Below are positions 8,800 through 20,128 of a DNA stretch of 46,245 nucleotides, piece after piece. A model generated the notes under the pieces. The model saw only the letters and a list, made by a program, of their open reading frames with translations, had not been told where the DNA came from and did no database searches. Position 1 is the first letter of the stretch; each line of letters starts with the position of its first letter. Both the position numbers and the translations under genes were made by a program. Origin of the DNA: Christensenellales bacterium (GTDB lineage: Bacteria; Bacillota; Clostridia; Christensenellales; CAG-138); the NCBI GenBank assembly GCA_048421225.1, contig DBFNRV010000089.1, forward strand, positions 1 to 46,245. Direction: 5' to 3'.

Positions 8800-9876
8800 A
8801 TGACGATAAGCTTATGCATGATAGTAAAGAACGAAGAAGAGGTGCTGGCGCGCTGTCTTGACAGCATAAAGGGGTTTGTAGACGAGATCATAATTGTAGA
8901 TACAGGCAGCGATGATGATACAAAGCGGATTGCACTTAAATATACAGATAAGGTTTATGATTTTAAATGGATTGATGACTTTGCGGCGGCCCGCAATTAT
9001 TCGTTTTCTAAGGCAACTATGCAGTATTGCATGTGGATGGACGCCGATGATGTAATCTTAGATTCCGACAGGGAAAAGCTGGCCGAATTGAAGACATCCG
9101 TTCCACCGGATACAGATATAATAATGATGAAGTACAACACTGCCTTTGATGAGGATGGAAGGCCAACCTTTTCATACTACAGAGAACGAATTGTAAGGAA
9201 TAACGGTAAGAACATCTGGCAAGGAAGGGTTCATGAGGCTATTACACGATACGGCACAACGTTATATACAGAGGCGGCAGTTACACATAAAAAGCTTGGA
9301 GTGAACTACAGCGACAGGAATCTTAAGATCTATGAAAGGCAATTAGCTGATGGAGCTCCGCTTTCTCCACGCGATAAGTTTTATTATGGCCGCGAACTAT
9401 ATTATCACAATAGGTTTGAAGATGCGGTAGCCATTCTTAACGAATTCGTATATTCAGGCGAGGGTTGGATTGAAAACAGCATTGAGGCCTGCCGCGTTCT
9501 GTCGCTTTGCTATTACAGGCTCGACAATAGGGAAGACGCGCTCTTTGCGCTGTTGAAATCCATGAGGTTTGACACTCCGAGGGCAGAGATATGCTGTGAT
9601 ATAGGGTGGCATTTCATGCATGAGGAAAAGTATGAAAATGCTGCATTTTGGTATGAGCTCGCTTTGACGAGAAAGAGAGACGATGCTTCGGGGGCCTTTG
9701 TCTCCCCTGATTGTTATGGATACCTGCCCTGTATACAGTTATGCGTGTGTCATGACAAAATGGGAAACTTACAGCTTGCATACGAATACAACAAAATGGC
9801 TGGAGAATATAAACCCTATTCCGAAGCTTACCAGCTTAATAAAGACTACTTTATAAAAAAGGGAATAGGCGAATGA
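8800..9876 (+). CDS. Family 2 glycosyltransferase with C-terminal TPR-like domain (SgtA-like spore glycoprotein glycosyltransferase candidate)
   Basis: N-terminal ISLCMIVKNEEEVLARCLDSI...IIIVDTGSDDDT...WMDADDV is a GT-A/GT2 fold with DxD. The C-terminal 170 aa or so is helical and repeat-like (YYGRELYYHNRFEDA..., AAFWYELAL). It lies directly upstream of two collagen-like genes. Confidence 0.8.
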   Translation: MTISLCMIVKNEEEVLARCLDSIKGFVDEIIIVDTGSDDDTKRIALKYTDKVYDFKWIDDFAAARNYSFSKATMQYCMWMDADDVILDSDREKLAELKTSVPPDTDIIMMKYNTAFDEDGRPTFSYYRERIVRNNGKNIWQGRVHEAITRYGTTLYTEAAVTHKKLGVNYSDRNLKIYERQLADGAPLSPRDKFYYGRELYYHNRFEDAVAILNEFVYSGEGWIENSIEACRVLSLCYYRLDNREDALFALLKSMRFDTPRAEICCDIGWHFMHEEKYENAAFWYELALTRKRDDASGAFVSPDCYGYLPCIQLCVCHDKMGNLQLAYEYNKMAGEYKPYSEAYQLNKDYFIKKGIGE

Positions 9877-9907
9877 CAATATATGAACACGGTTTCATGC
9901 CCATTTG

Positions 9908-9937
9908 AATATATTATCGATAACGATGTATACATCG
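9908..9937 (+). promoter_or_regulatory. Candidate mother-cell (SigE/SigK-type) promoter of collagen-like gene 1
   Basis: AATATATT, then 14 nt, then ATACATCG. This resembles the B. subtilis SigE-type pattern (ATATT then about 14 nt then CATACA-T). The block is conserved in the duplicated upstream region of the second gene. Confidence 0.25.
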
Positions 9938-9989
9938 TCATTTGTCAGGAGTTATGTGCCTGGCATTAGCAAGTAAAGGAGTGTATTAA

Positions 9990-11042
<1,053 letters not shown>

Positions 11043-11091
11043 GCTTTGCCCTCAATATGGTGCTAAGTGGACACGGTTTTGCTTGTGCATG

Positions 11092-11120
11092 AATATATTA
11101 TTAGGACGGTATATATATCG
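11092..11120 (+). promoter_or_regulatory. Candidate mother-cell (SigE/SigK-type) promoter of collagen-like gene 2
   Basis: AATATATT, then 13 nt, then ATATATCG, at the position equivalent to 9908-9937 within the duplicated upstream block. Confidence 0.25.
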
Positions 11121-11175
11121 TCATTGACCAGGTGACTTACAACCCTGGCATTAAGAACAAAAGGAGTGTATTGAA

Positions 11176-12774
<1,599 letters not shown>

Positions 12775-12936
12775 GATACAAGATAGGGACTTCCTTAAAG
12801 CCAAAAAACACCTATCGGGCGTTCAGCTATGCCTAACCTTTGGGGGATTCAATCGGCGCTGGTTCAGTGTACAAGAGTATCAGCTAACCGTTATAGTCTC
12901 AATAACGCTTGACAGGGATCAATAGGCTTAAAACCT

Positions 12937-12960
12937 GCGGCAGCATCTTGATGCTGCCGC
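12937..12960 (-). terminator. Terminator hairpin between convergent collagen gene 2 and the CaCA gene
   Basis: Perfect 10-bp stem GCGGCAGCAT/ATGCTGCCGC with a 4-nt loop. On the minus strand it is followed by AGGTTTTAAG. It lies 37 nt past the stop at 12997. Confidence 0.55.
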
Positions 12961-12996
12961 AAAAGTTTCGATTTTTATCAGTACGTTTATTAATGT

Positions 12997-13923
12997 TTAA
13001 AAAAGATACAGTATATAAGCGATATATGCTGCGATTAATACTATGCCTTGCCAACGCATCATTTTGCCCCGAATTATGGCGGGAATACACAGTACCCCCA
13101 TAATAAAGGCGATGAGCGGGAGTTCTATGGATAGAATAGTGCTGGGAAAAACAATAGGGGAGATAGCTGACGCAAGGCCGCCTACAAGCAAAAGATTTAA
13201 TATATTTGCTCCAACTATATTGCCTATTGAGAGTGCGCCGTGTCCCTTAAGAAGAGCGTTAATCGCCGTCATCAATTCGGGAAGCGATGTGCCAAGGGCC
13301 ACAAGGGTCAGGGATATTACCCGTTCGGGAACTCCGATATATCTGGCTATTACCGGCCCGTAGGTTACAAGCAGGTGGGCTCCGGCATATAAAAAACATC
13401 CTTCGAGAATCAGCAAGCAAATATCGACAAATGTAGACCCCTTTACTGGCTCTGCGGCAATGTCAGCGCCGGCCCCCCTTAAGGTGCGTATGGTATATAC
13501 AATACAAAGAATTACCATGAGGATTCCACACAGCCTAGGAATCCCGCCAAACGCCATTGCGAGTATGAAGTAAATCGTAAGAAAGATGAAAAAGTTAATC
13601 GTGCCGGATGCAAACGACCTACGGTCCAAAGGGGAAGGACGGATTGTCTGCGTTATGCCGGCAATAAAAGCGGCGTTGCAAATAACTGAGCCAAGGGCAT
13701 TGCCAAGAGCCATATCAACATGTCCGTGAAAAGCTGCGGTTGCTGAAAACATTACCTCGGGAAGCGTCGTTCCAAAGCTTACCATGGTAGCGCCGATAAT
13801 AATTTCCGGCACCCGAAACCTTTTTGCCAGCCTCAAAGCTGTATCAACAAAGAGGTTGCTGCCGACCACAAGTATAACCAAGCCGAGCAAAAACAAAAGG
13901 ATCGATAATAATAAAGGGGTCAT
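12997..13923 (-). CDS. Ca2+/cation antiporter (CaCA/YrbG family sodium-calcium exchanger-like)
   Basis: Two alpha-repeat signatures (GNALGSVICNA and GNIVGANILNLL) and about 10 TM helices. I moved the start to ATG 13923 (MTPLLL...), which has AGGAGG 9 nt upstream. The ORF-track start at 13962 has no RBS. Confidence 0.85.
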   Translation of the reverse strand: MTPLLLSILLFLLGLVILVVGSNLFVDTALRLAKRFRVPEIIIGATMVSFGTTLPEVMFSATAAFHGHVDMALGNALGSVICNAAFIAGITQTIRPSPLDRRSFASGTINFFIFLTIYFILAMAFGGIPRLCGILMVILCIVYTIRTLRGAGADIAAEPVKGSTFVDICLLILEGCFLYAGAHLLVTYGPVIARYIGVPERVISLTLVALGTSLPELMTAINALLKGHGALSIGNIVGANILNLLLVGGLASAISPIVFPSTILSIELPLIAFIMGVLCIPAIIRGKMMRWQGIVLIAAYIAYILYLF

Positions 13924-14088
13924 GCAAACATGCCTCCTAACAGTTAGGTATACATAAAGCATATGCGCGTCCGGAGCGGAAAAACACGCTCATGTAATAA
14001 GCGTCATATAGGGAAAATCCGGCGCGCCATTAAAGAATCGAATTTGGCGTACCGGATCAGACGGTATATCTATATGTCAAAAGCTATA

Positions 14089-14781
14089 TTATTTGATATC
14101 CTCCGGATCAAACCAGGTTAATCCGCCGCTGTAGTCGAAGTGTTCGGTTTTAAAGATGTCTCCGTCTATGGTCAAATCAATGGACTTTAGGTTATAAAAC
14201 TCAATAAACGTATTTGAGAATGCGGCAATGGTAAGTCTCGCATCGCGCGCTGAAAGACTGTTGAGATAGTCTGTAAACGCTTGAGACATGTCAGCCTTTA
14301 GGAACCGGTCACCAAATTCCTTAGTGACGGTATAGCCGTCAGTAGTTACTTTACCGTTATCCTCTATGTTGAAGCTGTTAAAGACGAGGTCCTGCGGCAA
14401 CACTCCATTTTCACACAGCGCATTCAGCAGCGCATCGCTGCTTCCTTTAATGTTCACAGTTGAATATGTCAGCTTTAAATTCTCATAATCAGGGATATAG
14501 ACTTTAGCGTCAATAAACACCGGCGCTATTTCCGCCAACGAATTCTCTATATCTGGTTCGTGTGGCGGATCACCTCCGGACATCGCCAATGCCCCTATCG
14601 CAAGAGCCGCCACAAGGCATGTGGCTATTGGAATTAAGATTTTCAACTTTTTATTCATATTCATAACCTTTCTCCTACTTTTATGTTCGCTAGAGTTTGC
14701 AATGTTCCTAAACATACGTTCCCTAGCCGCTGCGTCGGGCGATACCGTATCCCATGCATTTATAATACGATCATCCTTCAT
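14089..14781 (-). CDS. Putative anti-sigma factor, single-pass membrane protein with extracytoplasmic domain
   Basis: It overlaps the upstream ECF sigma gene by 11 nt. It has a short cytoplasmic N-terminus, one TM helix (LKILIPIATCLVAALAIGALA) and a roughly 160-aa external domain that looks weakly GerMN-like by eye. Confidence 0.5.
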   Translation of the reverse strand: MKDDRIINAWDTVSPDAAARERMFRNIANSSEHKSRRKVMNMNKKLKILIPIATCLVAALAIGALAMSGGDPPHEPDIENSLAEIAPVFIDAKVYIPDYENLKLTYSTVNIKGSSDALLNALCENGVLPQDLVFNSFNIEDNGKVTTDGYTVTKEFGDRFLKADMSQAFTDYLNSLSARDARLTIAAFSNTFIEFYNLKSIDLTIDGDIFKTEHFDYSGGLTWFDPEDIK

Positions 14782-15271
14782 TAAAATCGCCTCCCAGTTT
14801 GTTCCTTAATAACTTTCTTGCCTCGCTTAAATGGTTTCGTATGGTAGACGGGGGCCTATGAAGCATCCCCGCTATTTCCTTGCTGGTATAACCTTCATAG
14901 TAGTAAAGGTACACCGCTGTTTTATATCTTTTTGGAAGTGCAAGCACCGCCTCCAGCGTTTCATCTATCGCTGGGGATTGATTACCGGAATATAGCTCAC
15001 GGCATTCATCCATGTCAATCCGTTTTCTCCACCAATGCCTCAATAGGTTTTTGCACATATTGGTTGAGGTTACTATGAGCCAGGCCTTTTCGTGCTCTTC
15101 ATCATTGAACTTGCCCTTATACTGGATTAGTTTCAAAAACGTGCTTTGAACGATATCCTCCGTATCGGCCGGATTTTTTAAGTAGGCGAAGCAAACGCGG
15201 TATACGGTATTAACATGACGAGCATATATATCCGCTATTTCTTTGTCCGTACGCAACAAAGTATCTGCCAT
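14771..15271 (-). CDS. ECF-type RNA polymerase sigma-70 family factor
   Basis: 166 aa. Region 2 is DTEDIVQSTFLKL...WLIVTSTNMCKN. Region 4 HTH is YYEGYTSKEIAGMLHRPPSTIRNHLSEARKLL. Confidence 0.85.
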   Translation of the reverse strand: MADTLLRTDKEIADIYARHVNTVYRVCFAYLKNPADTEDIVQSTFLKLIQYKGKFNDEEHEKAWLIVTSTNMCKNLLRHWWRKRIDMDECRELYSGNQSPAIDETLEAVLALPKRYKTAVYLYYYEGYTSKEIAGMLHRPPSTIRNHLSEARKLLRNKLGGDFNEG

Positions 15272-15548
15272 TTTACCTCTCCTTTCACCTATAAAACAAT
15301 TCAGAATGCCAAAGTGTCGGGAAAAAACAAATAGATTTCTAAAATATATTTTTACCCATTATACCTCAGCCTATCGATTTGGGCGATAAGAACCTGAAAC
15401 AACAATATAGCTTTTGGCCCGTACAGCACGGCTTGCAAACACGAGCCGCAAATGCTAAAATAGCGAACGGTATTTGGCGGGGCTGGTCAAAAGCATATTA
15501 TAATGCCGGCCGATGCTGAATAAGCCATTAGATCGGGCAGGAAATTGC

Positions 15549-16334
15549 ATGAAACGCATAAGGCTGATAATAGAATACGATGGAACGGGTTACGTCGGCT
15601 GGCAGATACAACCCAATGGAATCGCCGTTCAATACGTGATTGAGCGGGAGCTAAACAAGCTTACTGGCGAGAACTGTGTCCTTCACGCTTCCGGAAGAAC
15701 CGACAGCGGAGTGCACGCGTACGCGCAGGTAGCCCATTTTGATACGGACAGCCGGATTCCGCCGGAAAAATTTGCGTACGCGCTAAACGTCGGCCTTCCA
15801 CTTGATATAAGGATAAAGTACAGCGGCGCTGTAGATTCCGGCTTTCATTCAAGGTTTGATGTGATAAGGAAAAGCTATATATACAGCGTGTTGAATTCGC
15901 CCCATTCATCAGCCTTTACAAGAAATACGGCCCTGCATGTGCACTATCCTCTCGACATCTCGAGTCTAAATGCGGCTGCCGGCGTATTCATTGGCGAGCA
16001 TGATTTCATGGCGTTTAAATCTTCCGGATCCATGGTTAATAACACAGTAAGGACCATTTACAGATCTGCTTGGAGCAGGAACGGCGATATGCTTTACTAT
16101 GAAGTTACCGGCAGCGGCTTTTTATATAACATGGTCAGGATTATGGTTGGAACGATGCTTGAGATTGGCATGGGCAGATATGATAAGGGCTGTATAACAG
16201 AGGCTTTTAAAAAAGGAGACCGAAGTCTGCTGGGGATAACAGCGCCGGCAAAGGGACTGGCCCTTGCCAGGGTAGAATATGCGGATTTTGATACTGATAT
16301 GGCAGTGGGGGAATTCATATCAGGGTTTCGATGA
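15549..16334 (+). CDS. truA: tRNA pseudouridine(38-40) synthase
   Basis: MKRIRLIIEYDGTGYVGWQIQ..., catalytic Asp in SGRTDSGVHA, and FLYNMVRIMVGT. I moved the start to ATG 15549, the conserved TruA N-terminus. Confidence 0.9.
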   Translation: MKRIRLIIEYDGTGYVGWQIQPNGIAVQYVIERELNKLTGENCVLHASGRTDSGVHAYAQVAHFDTDSRIPPEKFAYALNVGLPLDIRIKYSGAVDSGFHSRFDVIRKSYIYSVLNSPHSSAFTRNTALHVHYPLDISSLNAAAGVFIGEHDFMAFKSSGSMVNNTVRTIYRSAWSRNGDMLYYEVTGSGFLYNMVRIMVGTMLEIGMGRYDKGCITEAFKKGDRSLLGITAPAKGLALARVEYADFDTDMAVGEFISGFR

Positions 16335-16572
16335 GGGGAAGTCTCTTCCAATATAAGATTATAAATAAACAAACGTAAGCGTAAATTAATAATACGGGCC
16401 CGTGTGCAATTTTGCGGCATAGTTTTATTGCAACAAAAAGACATTGCAATTCAGCATTGAGGTAAGAAAGACCAAGTAGAGGTGCCCAAAATTTGTTGTA
16501 TTAAATTAAAAGCAAAAGGGTGCTATAAAGAGAAAAAGCCATGGATATGATATAGGCTTGCGCGCTATGATC

Positions 16573-16592
16573 ATTAAATAGATCTATTTAAT
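16573..16592. repeat. Perfect 20-bp palindrome ATTAAATAGATCTATTTAAT in a 378-bp intergenic region
   Basis: Direct inspection: 16573-16582 is the exact reverse complement of 16583-16592. It may be an operator or other protein-binding site; the function is unknown. Confidence 0.6.
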
Positions 16593-16656
16593 CAAGACCT
16601 AACTCTAAATAAGCAATCATATTGTTGCCCTGCGCACAAGGCGCGTATAGAACAAA

Positions 16657-16681
16657 GCCACAGCCAGTGAAAGGCTGTGGC
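16657..16681 (-). terminator. Terminator of the dehydrogenase/ECF-S operon
   Basis: 9-bp stem GCCACAGCC/GGCTGTGGC with a 7-nt loop. On the minus strand it is followed by TTTGTTC. It lies 32 nt past the stop at 16713. Confidence 0.6.
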
Positions 16682-16712
16682 TTCATTGCTAAAAGCGCCC
16701 TAAGGGCCTTTA

Positions 16713-17219
16713 TTACATTTCAATTTTCAGCGCTTTCCTTATGCCGATTATTGCAAGGGTGCCCAATACTACTCCACATGCATATTGAATCAAGTTAAAC
16801 GGTATGCCTACAGCGGCTGTAGCAGCGCCTGCGATCACGGTTTCATATACAAAATAGCCAAGCGGCATTATAAGTCCGGCTAAGGGCAGGGCGGCAAACT
16901 TGGTCTTGCCGTTAAAGCGTTTCATTATCATAAACGCAACAAGCGCCATGCACCCTTTGATGATAAAGGTTGCGGGCGCGTACACCATTGCGCCAAGGAG
17001 AACGTCCGCGAGCGCGCTGCCTATTCCAGCGCATGCGGCACCCCACCAGCCGCCGATCATATATGCGCAAAGATATACGGCCGCGTCGCCGGCATTCATG
17101 TACGCTCCAGAGAAACCTGGTATGGGAATGGATAAAAACATCGTGGCCACTGTCACTATAGCTGTGAGCACGCCGCACGCAACCGGTTTATAATACTTAT
17201 TCTTAACTAAATCCTTCAT
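16713..17219 (-). CDS. ECF transporter S component (substrate-capture subunit, substrate unknown)
   Basis: 168 aa with about 5-6 TM helices. The pattern LSIPIPG...GDAAVYL.A...GGWWGA..AGIGSALADVLLG...YAPATFIIKG is typical of vitamin-type ECF S components. No EcfA/T genes are nearby. Confidence 0.55.
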   Translation of the reverse strand: MKDLVKNKYYKPVACGVLTAIVTVATMFLSIPIPGFSGAYMNAGDAAVYLCAYMIGGWWGAACAGIGSALADVLLGAMVYAPATFIIKGCMALVAFMIMKRFNGKTKFAALPLAGLIMPLGYFVYETVIAGAATAAVGIPFNLIQYACGVVLGTLAIIGIRKALKIEM

Positions 17220-17222
17220 AGA

Positions 17223-18194
17223 TTACACCCTCCCTAAATATGATCGGTAGCCGGATTCTTTATCCACTGTATTTAGAAGCGGTTCGCCGGCAAGATACAG
17301 GCTCAGGTTTCTGGCTGATATATCAACTATACGATCCAGGGTTTGTTTAAGATGGAAAAAGCCGGACACATGCGGGGTAATTACCGCATTTTTCAGGTTC
17401 CACAGCTTATGCTCCCGCGGAAGGGGTTCAGGGTCTGTTACGTCAAGACCACATAGAAGCTTACCGCACTCAACATAGTCCGCTAGCGCATCGGTATCAA
17501 GCGCGTTTCCTCTGCCGACGTTTAGTATGATCGCGCCCTGCTTCATTAGCTTTAGCCTCTCCCGACCGATCATCCTTTGCGTGGCGTCAGTGCCGGGAAC
17601 TGACAGAGCCGTCACATCTGCGCGGGGCAGAAGCGAGTCGAGTGATTCAGAAGTATATAATTCGTCAACATAATCGGGTTTGTCGTGAAGGGATCTCCTA
17701 ATGCCTATGGTATATGCGCCGAGGGCTTTGCATTTGCGCGCAAACTCCCCGCCTATGTCTCCAAGCCCCACCGACAGGACGATCGCGCCCTCAAGGGATG
17801 CGACGGATCCCTCGTCGCGCCACAGCCTCTCGATCTGGTTGTCCCTGTATTGATGCAGGCGCTTCATAAGCATAAGCGTCATGCCGAGCATATGTTCGCT
17901 GATTGCCAGGCCGAACGCGCCGCTGGCGTTTGTAAGTTTGACCCCGTCAGGTATTAGCTCAGGATATCCGTCGGTTCCCGCCGTATTCAACTGAAGCCAT
18001 TTCATTTTACGGGCATATTTGATTAGATAATGAGGTATATTGCCGATTATTACGTCTGTACCATCCACGTCTTCAGGGGCAAGATCATCCTGATTTTTAA
18101 CGGTAAAGCGTACATCATGCGCGCTGCCGGCTGCATATGCGAGCTTATTCATATGCTCTTCATTCGCCGGTATTGTAACAAGAATATCCAACAT
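17223..18194 (-). CDS. D-isomer-specific 2-hydroxyacid dehydrogenase family protein (NAD-binding)
   Basis: GLGDIGGEFARK (GxGxxG), VGRGNALDTDAL, and DVTDPEPLP...ITPHVSG with the catalytic His. Confidence 0.85.
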   Translation of the reverse strand: MLDILVTIPANEEHMNKLAYAAGSAHDVRFTVKNQDDLAPEDVDGTDVIIGNIPHYLIKYARKMKWLQLNTAGTDGYPELIPDGVKLTNASGAFGLAISEHMLGMTLMLMKRLHQYRDNQIERLWRDEGSVASLEGAIVLSVGLGDIGGEFARKCKALGAYTIGIRRSLHDKPDYVDELYTSESLDSLLPRADVTALSVPGTDATQRMIGRERLKLMKQGAIILNVGRGNALDTDALADYVECGKLLCGLDVTDPEPLPREHKLWNLKNAVITPHVSGFFHLKQTLDRIVDISARNLSLYLAGEPLLNTVDKESGYRSYLGRV

Positions 18195-18439
18195 CGGTGT
18201 CGCCTCCTTGCTTTGCTGCGCCCATTATAACGCCTTGCGCAAAAACATGCAATATGATGAATTAACGATTATATTCAATTATTGTAGTACTATATAGTGA
18301 ATTAACTGCCTATTTTTTAATTGATATAATTAAGAATGATTAAGAGATTCCGCTGTAAATTGACTATATGCACGATCCTCGTAATATGCTATAATAATTT
18401 ATATAATGACAAATTTATAGAAATGGAAACAAAATTGTA

Positions 18440-18682
18440 ATGAAAAGCTTTTTAATATCATCTATTGTTGAGCTTATAATTGGTGTATTAGCCATCCTTG
18501 CGTTTATAGTGCTCTTAATAAGTGGCGAGAATATGAAAAGTTGGATAATAACTTTAATACTGGCCATAATATTGATAGCAAGCGGCATAAACAGCATTAA
18601 ATTATACAAAGATGCAAGTTCCAATATGTCGGAATTTATAAATGAAGTAAAGCATGAAAGTAAAGATGGCAGTAACGCTTAA
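18440..18682 (+). CDS. Small hypothetical membrane protein (80 aa) in an AT-rich island
   Basis: Two hydrophobic helices and a weak RBS (GGAAAC). The region is strongly AT-rich compared with its flanks. No family was recognised. Confidence 0.3.
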   Translation: MKSFLISSIVELIIGVLAILAFIVLLISGENMKSWIITLILAIILIASGINSIKLYKDASSNMSEFINEVKHESKDGSNA

Positions 18683-18687
18683 TTTTG

Positions 18688-18840
18688 GAACGCGGCTTGA
18701 CACTGGAACAGTTAGCGGAGCAGACATACCTTTTCGAGCCTGCGTTGGGGAGCTATGAAGAGGACTGCTTCAAAGACATCAGCCATTATACCATTGTCAA
18801 GCTGGCGAAGTTTTACGGCGTTACCCCGATTAACTGTTAG
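18688..18840 (+). pseudogene. Remnant of an XRE-family helix-turn-helix regulator (5'-truncated)
   Basis: Translation ERGLTLEQLAEQTYLFEPALGSYEEDCFKDISHYTIVKLAKFYGVTPINC resembles the HTH_3 pattern (GLTxEQLAE...S..E.G.......l.klAkfygVs.dyLL). It lacks a start codon and the recognition helix is degraded. Confidence 0.4.
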
Positions 18841-18884
18841 GATCGGCTCAAATAAGAAATACTCAAATGCTGTTTCTTGGGCAG

Positions 18885-18918
18885 CCAAAGGGGACTTTTT
18901 ACAAAAAGTCCCCTTTGG
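18885..18918. repeat. 16-bp perfect inverted repeat (CCAAAGGGGACTTTTT / AAAAAGTCCCCTTTGG)
   Basis: The arms at 18885-18900 and 18903-18918 are exact reverse complements. It is a terminator-like hairpin within the decayed island. Confidence 0.7.
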
Positions 18919-19085
18919 CGAGGTATGGGGCAAATACCCCAGTATCCAGCCTGATAGCTGCTTGCATTTGAAGTTTTTGCTGTTAACCTCAGTTCGTGCT
19001 GTACAAGCGAAGCGCATTGCCTTGGCGATTTTGCGGGTTTTTCCGCCAGGGAACCCGAATGACGGGAGGCAAAACCCGTAACCTT

Positions 19086-19108
19086 AAAAAAGCGGCGCGC
19101 CGCTTTTT
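19086..19108. terminator. Bidirectional terminator-like palindrome AAAAAAGCGGCGCGCCGCTTTTT
   Basis: GC palindrome 19092-19103 flanked by A6 and T5. Confidence 0.5.
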
Positions 19109-19259
19109 GACACGCTGAGCGGAACGTAAAACTGGCTGCATATTTTAAACTGGCCTAAAGTCAGTTTAAAACGCGAAACTGCTATGATAAACCGGTATTT
19201 GCAATTATATGTATACTCAGATATAATTATAGCTGTTTTATCAAGCATGGAGGAAACGT

Positions 19260-19826
19260 ATGGATAACATCAATATGCAGGCAAGGGAAGCGATTAACGA
19301 GCTTCTCAGCGCCGCCGTAATGCTGAAAAAGGGGGACATCGTCGTTGTAGGCTGCTCAACAAGCGAGGTTGGAGGGCGGCTGATCGGCACAAATTCAAGT
19401 TTAGATGTTGCCCGCGAAATAATGGAAGCTTTTTATGGCCCCATCACTGATAGGGGATTATATCTTGCGGTTCAATGCTGCGAACATTTAAACAGGGTCC
19501 TCGTTGTAGAAAGGGCGTGCATGGAGCGTTATGACCTTACCCAGGTATGGGTACGCCCTCAGCTGCATGCAGGCGGAGCCTTTGCAATGCAGGCCATTGA
19601 ACGCTTCAGTGATCCGGTAATTGTGGAGGATCTTAGGGGTAAGGCTTCCGCTGGAATAGATATAGGAGGAACGTTTATTGGAATGCATATGCATCCTGTG
19701 GTTGTACCGATACATACGAATAAAAGAAAACTTGGCGAAGCAAATGTAACCATGGCGCGCACCAGACCAAAGTATGTTGGGGGGCCAAGGGCCGCCTATG
19801 ATGAAATGCCGGTTTCTCCCCACTGA
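19260..19826 (+). CDS. TIGR01440/UPF0340 family protein (YwlG-like)
   Basis: 188 aa. GDIVVVGCSTSEVGG...LAVQCCEHLNRVLVVER...IDIGGTFIGMH matches the conserved UPF0340 pattern. GGAGGAAACGT lies upstream of the ATG. Confidence 0.8.
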   Translation: MDNINMQAREAINELLSAAVMLKKGDIVVVGCSTSEVGGRLIGTNSSLDVAREIMEAFYGPITDRGLYLAVQCCEHLNRVLVVERACMERYDLTQVWVRPQLHAGGAFAMQAIERFSDPVIVEDLRGKASAGIDIGGTFIGMHMHPVVVPIHTNKRKLGEANVTMARTRPKYVGGPRAAYDEMPVSPH

Positions 19827-20128
19827 TTCTTTATTTATTAGATGACTTGGCAGATGGAAGGCGCATGACGCCTGCCCGAATGGTAAGCCTAACCAACTAA
19901 GCATTCGTAGCTTTTGGTATTAATGCGTGGCTCACACGCCTAAACGCTTGGGCTTCATCGATAATCCCAGGAGGATATTTTACAGCGGTGTTTTGCCAGG
20001 GCGAGGCGGGCGTTGAAACCGGCAGCCGCGCATACATAAACGGTGTCTCCGTATAAATGAATACTGTTTAATTGCTGACCTTTTTATGTGTTTTAAACGG
20101 AATATTCTATCACGGCTAAGGGGTCTAT

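Noticed and set aside
12899-13103. 63- and 64-aa ORFs around the 3' end of the CaCA gene
   Set aside because: They overlap the terminator hairpin and the CaCA coding sequence, and they have no RBS.
18712-19081. 101-aa (-) and 108-aa (+) ORFs in the AT-rich scar
   Set aside because: They overlap each other and the hairpin/terminator structures. They have no RBS and no family resemblance. The region is better explained as decayed element DNA or structured RNA.
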